A stretch of DNA of 48,771 nucleotides from a virus (lineage: Duplodnaviria; Caudoviricetes), in the IMG/VR virus record IMGVR_UViG_3300030104_005458, positions 1 to 48,771 of that record. One strand, written 5' to 3'. Below the pieces are notes generated by a model that saw nothing but the letters and a program-made list of their open reading frames with translations, was not told the DNA's origin and searched no databases. Positions 38,295 through 46,063 of this stretch are shown here, piece after piece (within the stretch, counting starts at the first letter, position 1; each line of letters begins with the position of its first letter). The translations under genes were made by a program, and so were the position numbers.

Positions 38295-38551
38295 GTGAGA
38301 CTAAAATACACAAATTCTCTGATAAAGAACTCACGCTAGAAGAAATGCAAGAACTTGTAGGCGGATATATACAAGTACTTACATCAAAAGATGGTAATGC
38401 AGACATTGTAATTGATGAAGAAGGAAAAATGAAGAGTAAGCCACCTAATTTTGAGGCTACGAGATTATGGCTAGGGGATAATCGTGATAAATGGTACGAT
38501 ATTATTGTAGGAGATGCGATTGTTTGTACAGACAAAGCTAGGCTGAAGTAA
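38291..38551 (+). CDS. DUF3846-like protein
   Basis: LEEMQELVGGYI...DEEGK...N..AT...IVGD. Confidence 0.8.
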   Translation: MSETKIHKFSDKELTLEEMQELVGGYIQVLTSKDGNADIVIDEEGKMKSKPPNFEATRLWLGDNRDKWYDIIVGDAIVCTDKARLK

Positions 38552-38560
38552 TATATAACA

Positions 38561-38588
38561 GAAAAGGGGGAACACCATCCCCCTTTTC
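38561..38588. terminator. Bidirectional intrinsic terminator at convergent operons
   Basis: GAAAAGGGGGA-ACACCA-TCCCCCTTTTC. Confidence 0.75.
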
Positions 38589-38666
38589 AACAACCAACAA
38601 CGTAACCATTAGTTCGCGAGAGCAAAATATTGGAGTGTTGTTAACCAAATTTACCCAATTAAATAC

Positions 38667-39026
38667 TTAATTATCTAATACTTTTTTTATATCGTTACGA
38701 GTAGGGTAAATCTTTTCATCCGCGTCTGCTTGAGATAGAATAAATTTATTCTGTTCTAGCTTTTCTTTTTCCCATTCTGATTCACTATCCATCACACCTA
38801 AAGGCGAATATTTATATGAAACATTCGCGGGTACATCATTCCATCCCCGCAGTTCTAGCGCAAGCTTCTCTATTTGCTTGAACGCACTTCCCTTTCCTAT
38901 CCTGCCGTTTCGTGCTAGCTTACAGGTCTGGATAATCCCGTCAGTTATCTGGTAAACCTTGCTAGCACTATTTTTCAGGTGCGCACCTAAATGGTCGCGT
39001 TGCTCTTTATAATGTTTTTTTAACAT
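38667..39026 (-). CDS. Hypothetical protein
   Basis: Last ORF of the replication operon. Confidence 0.65.
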   Translation of the reverse strand: MLKKHYKEQRDHLGAHLKNSASKVYQITDGIIQTCKLARNGRIGKGSAFKQIEKLALELRGWNDVPANVSYKYSPLGVMDSESEWEKEKLEQNKFILSQADADEKIYPTRNDIKKVLDN

Positions 39027-39190
39027 TTAACCCCTTTCTATAATCTTTTCTTAATCTTTTATAATTTTCTTTAAGCAAAAATCTTTTCTTACCATTCTTA
39101 TCCGTAATTTCCTCACGAATTTCTAAATGGCTATATTCAAATTCATCTGAAATATCATCTCTATTTAAAAAATCAAGAATCTCTGTTGCT

Positions 39191-39376
39191 CTAATGACTA
39201 TCCCTTCTCTTTTTTATCTTAAGTATTGCCGATGCAAGATATACACATCCATCTAGTAACTCCTCTAATGCCTCTAAATGCCAATCTCTACCATCATTTA
39301 CATCTAGCTCATCACTATACTCACCTTTACCTATTTCAAGGCGTTCTTCAACTAATTTTAATATTTCTTTATTCAT
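39191..39376 (-). CDS. Small all-alpha NTP-pyrophosphatase (MazG-like) protein
   Basis: G..EY...EALEELLDGCVY acidic helix motif. Confidence 0.55.
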   Translation of the reverse strand: MNKEILKLVEERLEIGKGEYSDELDVNDGRDWHLEALEELLDGCVYLASAILKIKKRRDSH

Positions 39377-39647
39377 CGTATAAAATCAATCCGAAATAAA
39401 TAATCGCTACAACTATGTATAGTATTATATAATAAATCATTTATTGATTGTTTTTCTATCGGCAAATCCATTTACTGCTATTACGAAAGCGACAGAACCT
39501 ATGCCTAATGAAAAAATACAAAAACAAGTTATCATTAAATAAATAATCCATTCAGCTATCCACATATATACTCCTTAATTTTGAGAGCGCACCTTATAGC
39601 GTGTCCAATATTCAATAAACCCGGAAAAGTTTTAGACAAGTGCGCCC

Positions 39648-39896
39648 TCATTTTTTTTTATTACATTTATTACATATTTCTTTTTTTTTACCATAAGAAA
39701 CAAAATTGTCATAATATAGAAAAGTATCACCGGAATCTTTCCTCATCATCTCCCAACAACATTTACATTTTGGGCAATACTTTACTCTATTATCGGCTCT
39801 CCTTCCATCAAAATCTGTATAAGTGTTTTTTATGGGAGTGTAGTCTCTTTCGTTGCCCTTAAAAAGGGTATCCATCATATCAACCTCTTCTTTCAA
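39648..39896 (-). CDS. Zn-finger protein
   Basis: CPKC...CNKC. Confidence 0.65.
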   Translation of the reverse strand: MKEEVDMMDTLFKGNERDYTPIKNTYTDFDGRRADNRVKYCPKCKCCWEMMRKDSGDTFLYYDNFVSYGKKKEICNKCNKKK

Positions 39897-39960
39897 AATC
39901 TTTTTCTAAAAAACTTTGTCAGAGACATTTTTTTTACTTTAGCGCCAACCAAGCAAATAC

Positions 39961-40965
39961 CTACACTCCCATTTCTTGAAAAACATCTGATAATTTTGTG
40001 CTAGAACCATCTTTCGCAGCTGCGTTACCAGCTTCGCTGGTCCTTGTGCTAGCTTGAACAGCAGGAGCTGTGGTAGTTTGCTCTGCTGTTCTAGCTTTCT
40101 TATCTCTTTCCAGTAATTCTAGTTCTAGTAAAGCCATTTTCTTTGACTGATATCTACCATCATTACATGATTCACATAATTCATTGGTTAAATTTTTAAC
40201 TTGTTGAGGTTTTTCATGTCTACATTCAGTACACATATAATCTATTTTTTTAGCAATTTTTAAATTATCTACGCCATTATCTCCAAACAATTTCTTAAAA
40301 TCATCATCAAATCTTTCTTGGTGTAGCCAAGTACTAGCCATTGGAATAAATTGTGAATCTGTTCCTTGCTTTTTCCAATATCGTATATAATTAATAAGTC
40401 CTTCTAAAATAATATCTTTTTTAATACCGCTTTTCCTAATAGATATATATTTCTTCATAGCACTTGCACGACCATCACTTCTAGGATATAAATCCCAAAA
40501 TTCATTTAAAAATTCTTTTTCTAATTCTTTATTTACATTAACCTTTTTTCTTTTTACTACTTCACCTTCTTCTTCTACTTCTTTATTGAATGGCTTAGCT
40601 ATAGCTTTGCTATGGCTTTGCCATCTTGTTTTTGCACCTTTTTTCCCATTCGCACTCATCCGTTCTCTATAAGCAATCATATTTCCGCGCTCTGTTTCTA
40701 ATCTATTGTTATATAATCTACCATCTCTTTCAATAAAGCAATTCATTACCACTTGCCAATCACTATCAAAATCGGGATGATTACCACACAATATTCTTAT
40801 TTTTAATAAATCACTTGGCAATGAGCCTTCTATCCATTCATAAGCCAAAAGAGTTATATACATTCCTCTCTGTGCCATAGTCATTGTTGTAACATTTAAG
40901 TCAGATAAAAAATCGCTAGCATAAAATTGGAATGCCGGCGCCTTTCCTAATTTTTTATTTTCCAT
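39961..40965 (-). CDS. Replication initiator (DUF1376/YdaU-like N-terminus, helical C-domain, Zn ribbon)
   Basis: PAFQFYASDFL, RGMYITLL, LYNNRL; FWDLYPR...FIPMASTWLHQERF; internal iterons. Confidence 0.8.
   Translation of the reverse strand: MENKKLGKAPAFQFYASDFLSDLNVTTMTMAQRGMYITLLAYEWIEGSLPSDLLKIRILCGNHPDFDSDWQVVMNCFIERDGRLYNNRLETERGNMIAYRERMSANGKKGAKTRWQSHSKAIAKPFNKEVEEEGEVVKRKKVNVNKELEKEFLNEFWDLYPRSDGRASAMKKYISIRKSGIKKDIILEGLINYIRYWKKQGTDSQFIPMASTWLHQERFDDDFKKLFGDNGVDNLKIAKKIDYMCTECRHEKPQQVKNLTNELCESCNDGRYQSKKMALLELELLERDKKARTAEQTTTAPAVQASTRTSEAGNAAAKDGSSTKLSDVFQEMGV
40590..40624. repeat. Iterons of the putative replication origin within the initiator gene
   Basis: ATGGCTTAGCT ATAGCTTTGCT ATGGCTTTGCC AT next to a purine-skewed AT-rich tract; lambda O-type arrangement. 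Confidence 0.75.
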
Positions 40966-41164
40966 TTGTGTTTTCTCCGGGTATTATGTTTTGTATTTTT
41001 ACTGAATGATGGGTTACTTTAGGAAATCTTGCTACTATAAAAACAATTTCTCCATTTATTGAGGCAACTTCTCCACTAACGTATGATTCTTCTCCATTGG
41101 CGCCCATAACTTTAGCAGTTACTGTATCGCCTATTTTAATCATTTTCTTGAATTCTACGCTCAA
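40955..41164 (-). CDS. Small SH3/KOW-like beta protein
   Basis: IKIGDTV...GEV..I pattern. Confidence 0.55.
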   Translation of the reverse strand: MSVEFKKMIKIGDTVTAKVMGANGEESYVSGEVASINGEIVFIVARFPKVTHHSVKIQNIIPGENTNGK

Positions 41165-41537
41165 TATCAGCCATCCTTTCTTGTTCTATTTCTCTTATTT
41201 CCTGTTCCCTGTAATTTGTTTTATCCGGGTCTTCAATTAATTCTAAAAAATCGTCAAAAGTAAGTATAGCATATATCGTGCCTCTGTCTTCTTTAACCAC
41301 TTGAACATCAACATTGTCTGTATTTGGTTTTAACCATTTTGCTATATTTTTTCTTACTTTGCATTGGACTCTCCACTCTTTATCTTTTCCATCTAATATC
41401 GCATCCACTTCTTCAGTATGACCCAATGAAAGACCGTTGCTAGCATAAGCCCTTTCAGCACCAATCTGGAGTTCTCTGGCTCTATTAACAACTTCTCTTT
41501 CAAATCGATTCCCCTTTTGCTTACTTCTACTAGGCAT
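41136..41537 (-). CDS. Holliday junction resolvase (Hjc-type PD-(D/E)XK)
   Basis: SKQKGNRFEREV...VD...VQCK motif. Confidence 0.75.
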   Translation of the reverse strand: MPSRSKQKGNRFEREVVNRARELQIGAERAYASNGLSLGHTEEVDAILDGKDKEWRVQCKVRKNIAKWLKPNTDNVDVQVVKEDRGTIYAILTFDDFLELIEDPDKTNYREQEIREIEQERMADIERRIQEND

Positions 41538-41621
41538 TATAAACTCCTATAATGGGGGCAAGCCCATGACGTTGAAAACTTGCCCCCGGATTTGTGTGAC
41601 CAAGAAGGAATGAGGATAAAA

Positions 41622-41870
41622 TCACACAAGTTCAAGATTGTAGTTATCTCCTATAGTAACTTGCTCAAGATAAATGTATTTAGCGTAAGTGCTATTTTTA
41701 CCATTTACCATTTTTGTAGCTATATTATGCCCCTCACGACGTAATCTTAATATTACATCCGACAACCTTGTTATTCTATATTCAGTTATAGCAGTCCAAG
41801 ATGTAATCGTTTTATTCTCCTTAAGGTGCTTTAAAACCTTCTCTTTTTGACCATTAGAACGGCAAGCCAT
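41622..41870 (-). CDS. Winged-helix DNA-binding protein
   Basis: QKEKVLKHL...IT...RLSDVILRLRREGHNI; AAGGAG precedes ATG at 41870. Confidence 0.75.
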   Translation of the reverse strand: MACRSNGQKEKVLKHLKENKTITSWTAITEYRITRLSDVILRLRREGHNIATKMVNGKNSTYAKYIYLEQVTIGDNYNLELV

Positions 41871-42570
41871 CGCTATCTCCTTCATCGATAAGAGTCTCGG
41901 CATCCACCATAGGCTCAGAATTAAAATCCATCTGATGCTGAATAGATTCATCTTCGTGTTTTTCATCTTTCGCAATGTTACTTGAACCATTTTCAAGGCT
42001 AGATGATGCTCTTGCGGTAATCTCTCCCATAGCCATCATTCTATACTTATCATTGCTTGAGTTATTACTTAGCCATGTAATGTAATCCAATGGTAAGTCG
42101 CACCACATTTCTCCCTTGTGCTTGCCGAAGTTTATAATCGAATTTCTCATATCATCAGTATGAATGTAATTACTTACATCTTCGCCATTGTTAGTCGTTC
42201 TAGAACTATTGCGCGCTGCGGGTGATTGTTCTAGCTTGTTTTGTTGTGATATAGCGTTGGCAACTTCATCAGCAGAGGCAAATTCAGTTCCACCAAATCC
42301 GGCACTTGCAAGCGCTCTACCAATAGCAGAAGTCTCGCAGTTTTCAAGAGCAGATGTTTTATTAATCATGCTACTATCATAAACCTCTTCAGCATGACCG
42401 GTATATACATTATCTCCAACAGAAATTGTAGCTTTCATTACCACTTTATTTTCTTCAGTAAAACATATTTTTGTCTTAACGCTTTTTACTGCATCCTTAT
42501 GCTCTTCGTGAAAAAGATTAACTCTTTCAGCGACTGTCCGGTATTCTTTGCCATGTATTTTTACAGACAT
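41854..42570 (-). CDS. Single-strand annealing protein (Rad52/Erf-like) with C-terminal FGKHKG domain and SSB-like tail
   Basis: ALENCETSAIGRAL, ASADEV, INFGKHKG...LPLDYITWL, ends DSDGLPF. Confidence 0.75.
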   Translation of the reverse strand: MSVKIHGKEYRTVAERVNLFHEEHKDAVKSVKTKICFTEENKVVMKATISVGDNVYTGHAEEVYDSSMINKTSALENCETSAIGRALASAGFGGTEFASADEVANAISQQNKLEQSPAARNSSRTTNNGEDVSNYIHTDDMRNSIINFGKHKGEMWCDLPLDYITWLSNNSSNDKYRMMAMGEITARASSSLENGSSNIAKDEKHEDESIQHQMDFNSEPMVDAETLIDEGDSDGLPF

Positions 42571-42572
42571 AG

Positions 42573-43106
42573 TTATTCCTCCGTTAGGTTATTGGTTGTT
42601 GTTTTAAATGAAAATTTTGTCTCCACTTCCTCTGAACATATGTCCGGAGCATCTCCCCATACTTTTATGTGTTCTGAAATAGCTTTTCTATCCGGTTTTT
42701 CTATTACACGAGTAGGAATAGAATTTTTAAATGAAAAAGCCATCAAAGCCTCATCGTCAGCAAATGTCTTCTTTGTTCGAGTAGTAAGTCGAAGAACTCC
42801 ATTAGGTAGTTTATTTGTTTTCTTGCCGGAGATTTTATTTTCTGATTGCATGTGGATTTCTAGTAAGTTTGCCCTATATCGTATTTGCCTTTCAACAGAG
42901 TCTATTCTTCGGTCATAAAACTCAGAAGATTCTTCTTGCCTAAGTTTTAATACTTCAATTTCTTTTTCTAATTGCCCTATCTTCCATAGCAGTTGGTCAG
43001 CGTGAATGTCTTTTATTTGGACTTGTTCCTCATTAATAACATATGTGTTATCTTCGGATTCTAATTCGTCAAGAGCAATTAATTGGCTATCAAGTTTTTC
43101 GCTCAT
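42573..43106 (-). CDS. Mu Gam-like DNA end-protection protein
   Basis: Long coiled coil followed by KTNKLPNGVL and EKPDRKAI. Confidence 0.6.
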   Translation of the reverse strand: MSEKLDSQLIALDELESEDNTYVINEEQVQIKDIHADQLLWKIGQLEKEIEVLKLRQEESSEFYDRRIDSVERQIRYRANLLEIHMQSENKISGKKTNKLPNGVLRLTTRTKKTFADDEALMAFSFKNSIPTRVIEKPDRKAISEHIKVWGDAPDICSEEVETKFSFKTTTNNLTEE

Positions 43107-43190
43107 TTAGCACCTCTTTTAAATGGGGATTCAAAAAACTTATATACACCACGAATAACTGCATCCATGAATAAATTTTTTGATTTACGC

Positions 43191-43391
43191 TTATAAGTTC
43201 TTTTTTTTCTCATTAGCCTTCTCCGTTAGTAAGATTAATTTTTGATTTGTTTCTTCCGGAGCAACAACATTAAATCCAAGATTTTCTGCTAATTTGTAAA
43301 TTGTGTAATACAAATTTTGAATATCATTATCGCTCGTTTTTTTTCCTCGCTCAATTCTTAACTGCAAAGCGTTCTCCTTAGTTGACATCAA
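43191..43391 (-). CDS. Hypothetical protein
   Basis: ORF in the operon. Confidence 0.55.
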   Translation of the reverse strand: MMSTKENALQLRIERGKKTSDNDIQNLYYTIYKLAENLGFNVVAPEETNQKLILLTEKANEKKKNL

Positions 43392-43578
43392 TTCCCTTAG
43401 TAACTATTTGGTTGAAGTATTGGCACTTTCCACAATCTGCTACACAATCTTTGTTAGCAAAATTTGAATCGTAGACCATGTTTAACTTTCCTTCTTTTCT
43501 GACAAACATAACTCCTAAACATTTTCCAACATTGTAATTAGCACAATGCTTACGAGCAACCGACTCTGTTTTCGTCAT
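43378..43578 (-). CDS. Cysteine-rich VLP-like domain protein
   Basis: CANY...C...C...CQYF..IV; AGGAGG RBS. Confidence 0.65.
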   Translation of the reverse strand: MTKTESVARKHCANYNVGKCLGVMFVRKEGKLNMVYDSNFANKDCVADCGKCQYFNQIVTKGIDVN

Positions 43579-43635
43579 CTCTACTGCTACCTCCTTTAAT
43601 TATTAGTTCTTTCATATACATTCAAGAACTAATAA

Positions 43636-43824
43636 TTAAATGGTAGCTAGTGGCTTGTATTCCGTTTTATTTACAAACTCAAATAACTCAGCTTTCATAA
43701 TGATAAAATTTTTACCATTTGGCTTGCTAGCTTTTAATTTTCCCGTTTGTATGTATTGCCTTACAGTTCCTTTTGAAACTTTTAGTTCGTCGGCAACTTG
43801 TGAAACAGTTAGAAAATCTTGCAT
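43636..43824 (-). CDS. xis: Excisionase/Cox-like HTH protein
   Basis: LTVSQVADELKVSKGTVRQYIQTGKLKASK; divergent from repressor-int. Confidence 0.8.
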   Translation of the reverse strand: MQDFLTVSQVADELKVSKGTVRQYIQTGKLKASKPNGKNFIIMKAELFEFVNKTEYKPLATI

Positions 43825-43994
43825 ATTTCCTCCATTTTTATTTGGTTTTTTGTGTAGTTTTGTGTATGTTTGTGTATTATTTAAAGCATTTAATTAAGTT
43901 TATTAACATTATGTGAATTTATATCACTTTTAGTTAATAAAAAAACACTTTTTGTTGTTTAAAACCACTTTTTGAGTTTTTTAGGAGTTACATT
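43825..43994. promoter_or_regulatory. Divergent lysis/lysogeny switch region
   Basis: AT-rich gap between xis and repressor; TTTGTGTA x3 at 10-bp period; CACTTTT x3. Confidence 0.75.
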
Positions 43995-44795
43995 ATGACG
44001 GAAATGGATGTCCATTTTATTATTAATAAAATAAAATTAGAGCAAAATATCTATTCAGATTTTCAACTTGCTGAACTATTTGGAGTTTCTGCTTCAGCAG
44101 TTTCTAATTGGAAGCAACGGAAAAAAATGCCTTTATCTGTTCTTCAAAAATATTGCAATAGTAACAATAAAGTAATTGACGGATATTTAAATAATGTTGA
44201 ATTTTTAAAAACCACATCGATAAATAAAAAAAATCAAAATGTAAATAGTAACATCACAACAAAAACTAAGGATACTAAAATGGACATGGAGTATGTAGTT
44301 GAGCTACAGAAAGAAAAAATTAAAAGGCTAGAAAGTGACTTGGCGAGACACCGACAAGCTCCTTTTCAGTCTTCTCAATGGGATGATTTATCGTATCACA
44401 TCTATAGTGCTGTAGAGCTAACTTTTAAAGGTCTTACTGTAATGGGAAGAAAAATGACCGAATTAAAAGGAAAAAATAACATTGAAAAATATATGGGTTA
44501 TAATTCTGATGAAATAGATGATTTATGGCAAATAGGACAATTTTATGAAAATTTTAATGAACACCCTATTGACACTATACTATCGAAAAAATCAGCAAAT
44601 GAAATTGGGCAAAAAAACACATTATTACCTCATATATTTGAAAACCTAAAACACATGATAGGTAATCATTATATTCCTATGCCAATTAGCTTTGTTTGCA
44701 AAGATAAATCAATTTTACATTCTATTTGCTACAATAAGGTTGATTGGCGAAATAAACAAGTTTATAGTAAAACAGAGTTTATAATAGATGAGTAG
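43995..44795 (+). CDS. Phage repressor: CI-type HTH, coiled coil, PAS-like C-terminal domain
   Basis: QLAELFGVSASAVSNWKQR HTH; no S24 peptidase motif; AGGAG RBS. Confidence 0.75.
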   Translation: MTEMDVHFIINKIKLEQNIYSDFQLAELFGVSASAVSNWKQRKKMPLSVLQKYCNSNNKVIDGYLNNVEFLKTTSINKKNQNVNSNITTKTKDTKMDMEYVVELQKEKIKRLESDLARHRQAPFQSSQWDDLSYHIYSAVELTFKGLTVMGRKMTELKGKNNIEKYMGYNSDEIDDLWQIGQFYENFNEHPIDTILSKKSANEIGQKNTLLPHIFENLKHMIGNHYIPMPISFVCKDKSILHSICYNKVDWRNKQVYSKTEFIIDE

Positions 44796-45795
44796 ATTAT
44801 ATAAAAGAGGCGATAGTCCAAATTGGTGGTACACGCATGGAACACCGCCAACTAGAATAATGCGTAGCACCGGAACCTCTTCGCTTAAGCTAGCAAATAT
44901 GCTGAAGCGAAAATGGGATGAGGAGTTGTTTTTTAAAAAACACAATATTCCTCAAAAACAAAGAATTGACCTACAAGATATATGTGAAAAATATAAAAAA
45001 TACATGATGGACAAAAGGCAAGGTGGCAAAGGTATTGACTATGTAAAACAAAAACAAAAATATATTGATAATTTTTGCAATTTTATGATGATGTCAAAAA
45101 ATAGAAAAGCATTTGCATCTATTGATGCGGAAGATATAGACAGATATATAATACATAGATTAAAAAATAATAAAGTAACACCTAAAACAGTAAAAGATGA
45201 TGTTAGAGTAATTGGCTTACTGTTTGAGTATGCTATTAAATATAAATACTTTAACGAAGAAAATCCTTGCAATAATCCAGATATACCCAAGCATAAAGGA
45301 GTTAAAAGAAGACCTGTACCTGTTCAATTTGTGTTAGAAGCTTTAAAAGCAAAAGATGTAAAGCAATCAGATAAAGTTTTTTGGAGTATTTGTTATTATA
45401 CAGGGCTTAGAGCTAGCGACGCTGGAACGCTTTCAGAATCTCAAGTATTAAAAGATAGAATATTAATACATGACACAGACAAAGCAGATGTCCCCGTAGA
45501 AATACCGCTACACCCAAATCTTAAAAAACAAAATATAATTAATGTTTACACAGATAAATACGATAGAGATAAGTCTAGGGAAAGATTTCAAGCTAAATTA
45601 ATCGAGCTTGGATACAATGAACCGGCTGATTTACATAGCCTTAGACATACTTTTAATACCGTTATGCTAGAATCTGGACTTGGCAGCAAAGATAGAAAAA
45701 AATTGCTAGCACACTCAAGTGAAGAGGTAAATGCAGATATTTATACTCACGAAAATTATGATTTAATAAAATCTGTAATTAAAAAAATTCCTTAG
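44788..45795 (+). CDS. int: Tyrosine integrase
   Basis: YTGLRASD, HSLRH, LAHS, IYTH catalytic motifs; N-terminal arm-binding-like LYKRG..WW...RSTGT. Confidence 0.95.
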   Translation: MSRLYKRGDSPNWWYTHGTPPTRIMRSTGTSSLKLANMLKRKWDEELFFKKHNIPQKQRIDLQDICEKYKKYMMDKRQGGKGIDYVKQKQKYIDNFCNFMMMSKNRKAFASIDAEDIDRYIIHRLKNNKVTPKTVKDDVRVIGLLFEYAIKYKYFNEENPCNNPDIPKHKGVKRRPVPVQFVLEALKAKDVKQSDKVFWSICYYTGLRASDAGTLSESQVLKDRILIHDTDKADVPVEIPLHPNLKKQNIINVYTDKYDRDKSRERFQAKLIELGYNEPADLHSLRHTFNTVMLESGLGSKDRKKLLAHSSEEVNADIYTHENYDLIKSVIKKIP

Positions 45796-45887
45796 ACTGT
45801 AACATTTTTGTATTAGCTGTAGCATTTTTGTAACAACGCAAAGCTCTACAAAGCAATGCAAACAAAACCAACAATAATTCTAGAAAC

Positions 45888-45918
45888 TAAAAAAGCCCTC
45901 GATAAACGAAGGCTTTTA
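45888..45918 (-). terminator. Intrinsic terminator downstream of the tRNA fragment
   Basis: AAAAGCCTTCG-TTTAT-CGAGGGCTTTTTT on the minus strand. Confidence 0.75.
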
Positions 45919-45920
45919 GT

Positions 45921-45965
45921 GTAGCGGGGGAAGGATTCGAACCTCCGACCTTTGGGTTATGAGCC
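45921..45965 (-). other. attP core: 3' half of initiator tRNA-Met(CAT)
   Basis: GGCTCATAACCCAAAGGTCGGAGGTTCGAATCCTTCCCCCGCTAC = anticodon loop, T-arm and 3' acceptor strand; 5' half absent. Confidence 0.9.
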
Positions 45966-46063
45966 AAGCAAACATCTAACAATATTAAGACTTAGAAGAA
46001 TTTGGCACATTTATGTAACATGTTTTATTCAAATGTTACAATTTTGCTACAAAATCACCCGTT

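Larger units (their letters stand above)
45798..46051. promoter_or_regulatory. attP with paired arm-type repeats
   Basis: TGTAACAT-like pairs, 11-bp period, at 45798/45809, 45818/45829, 46003/46014 and inverted 46033/46044, flanking a tRNA fragment. Confidence 0.8.

Noticed and set aside
45921-45965. Functional phage tRNA-Met gene
   Set aside because: 5' acceptor strand and D-arm are missing; it is the att core
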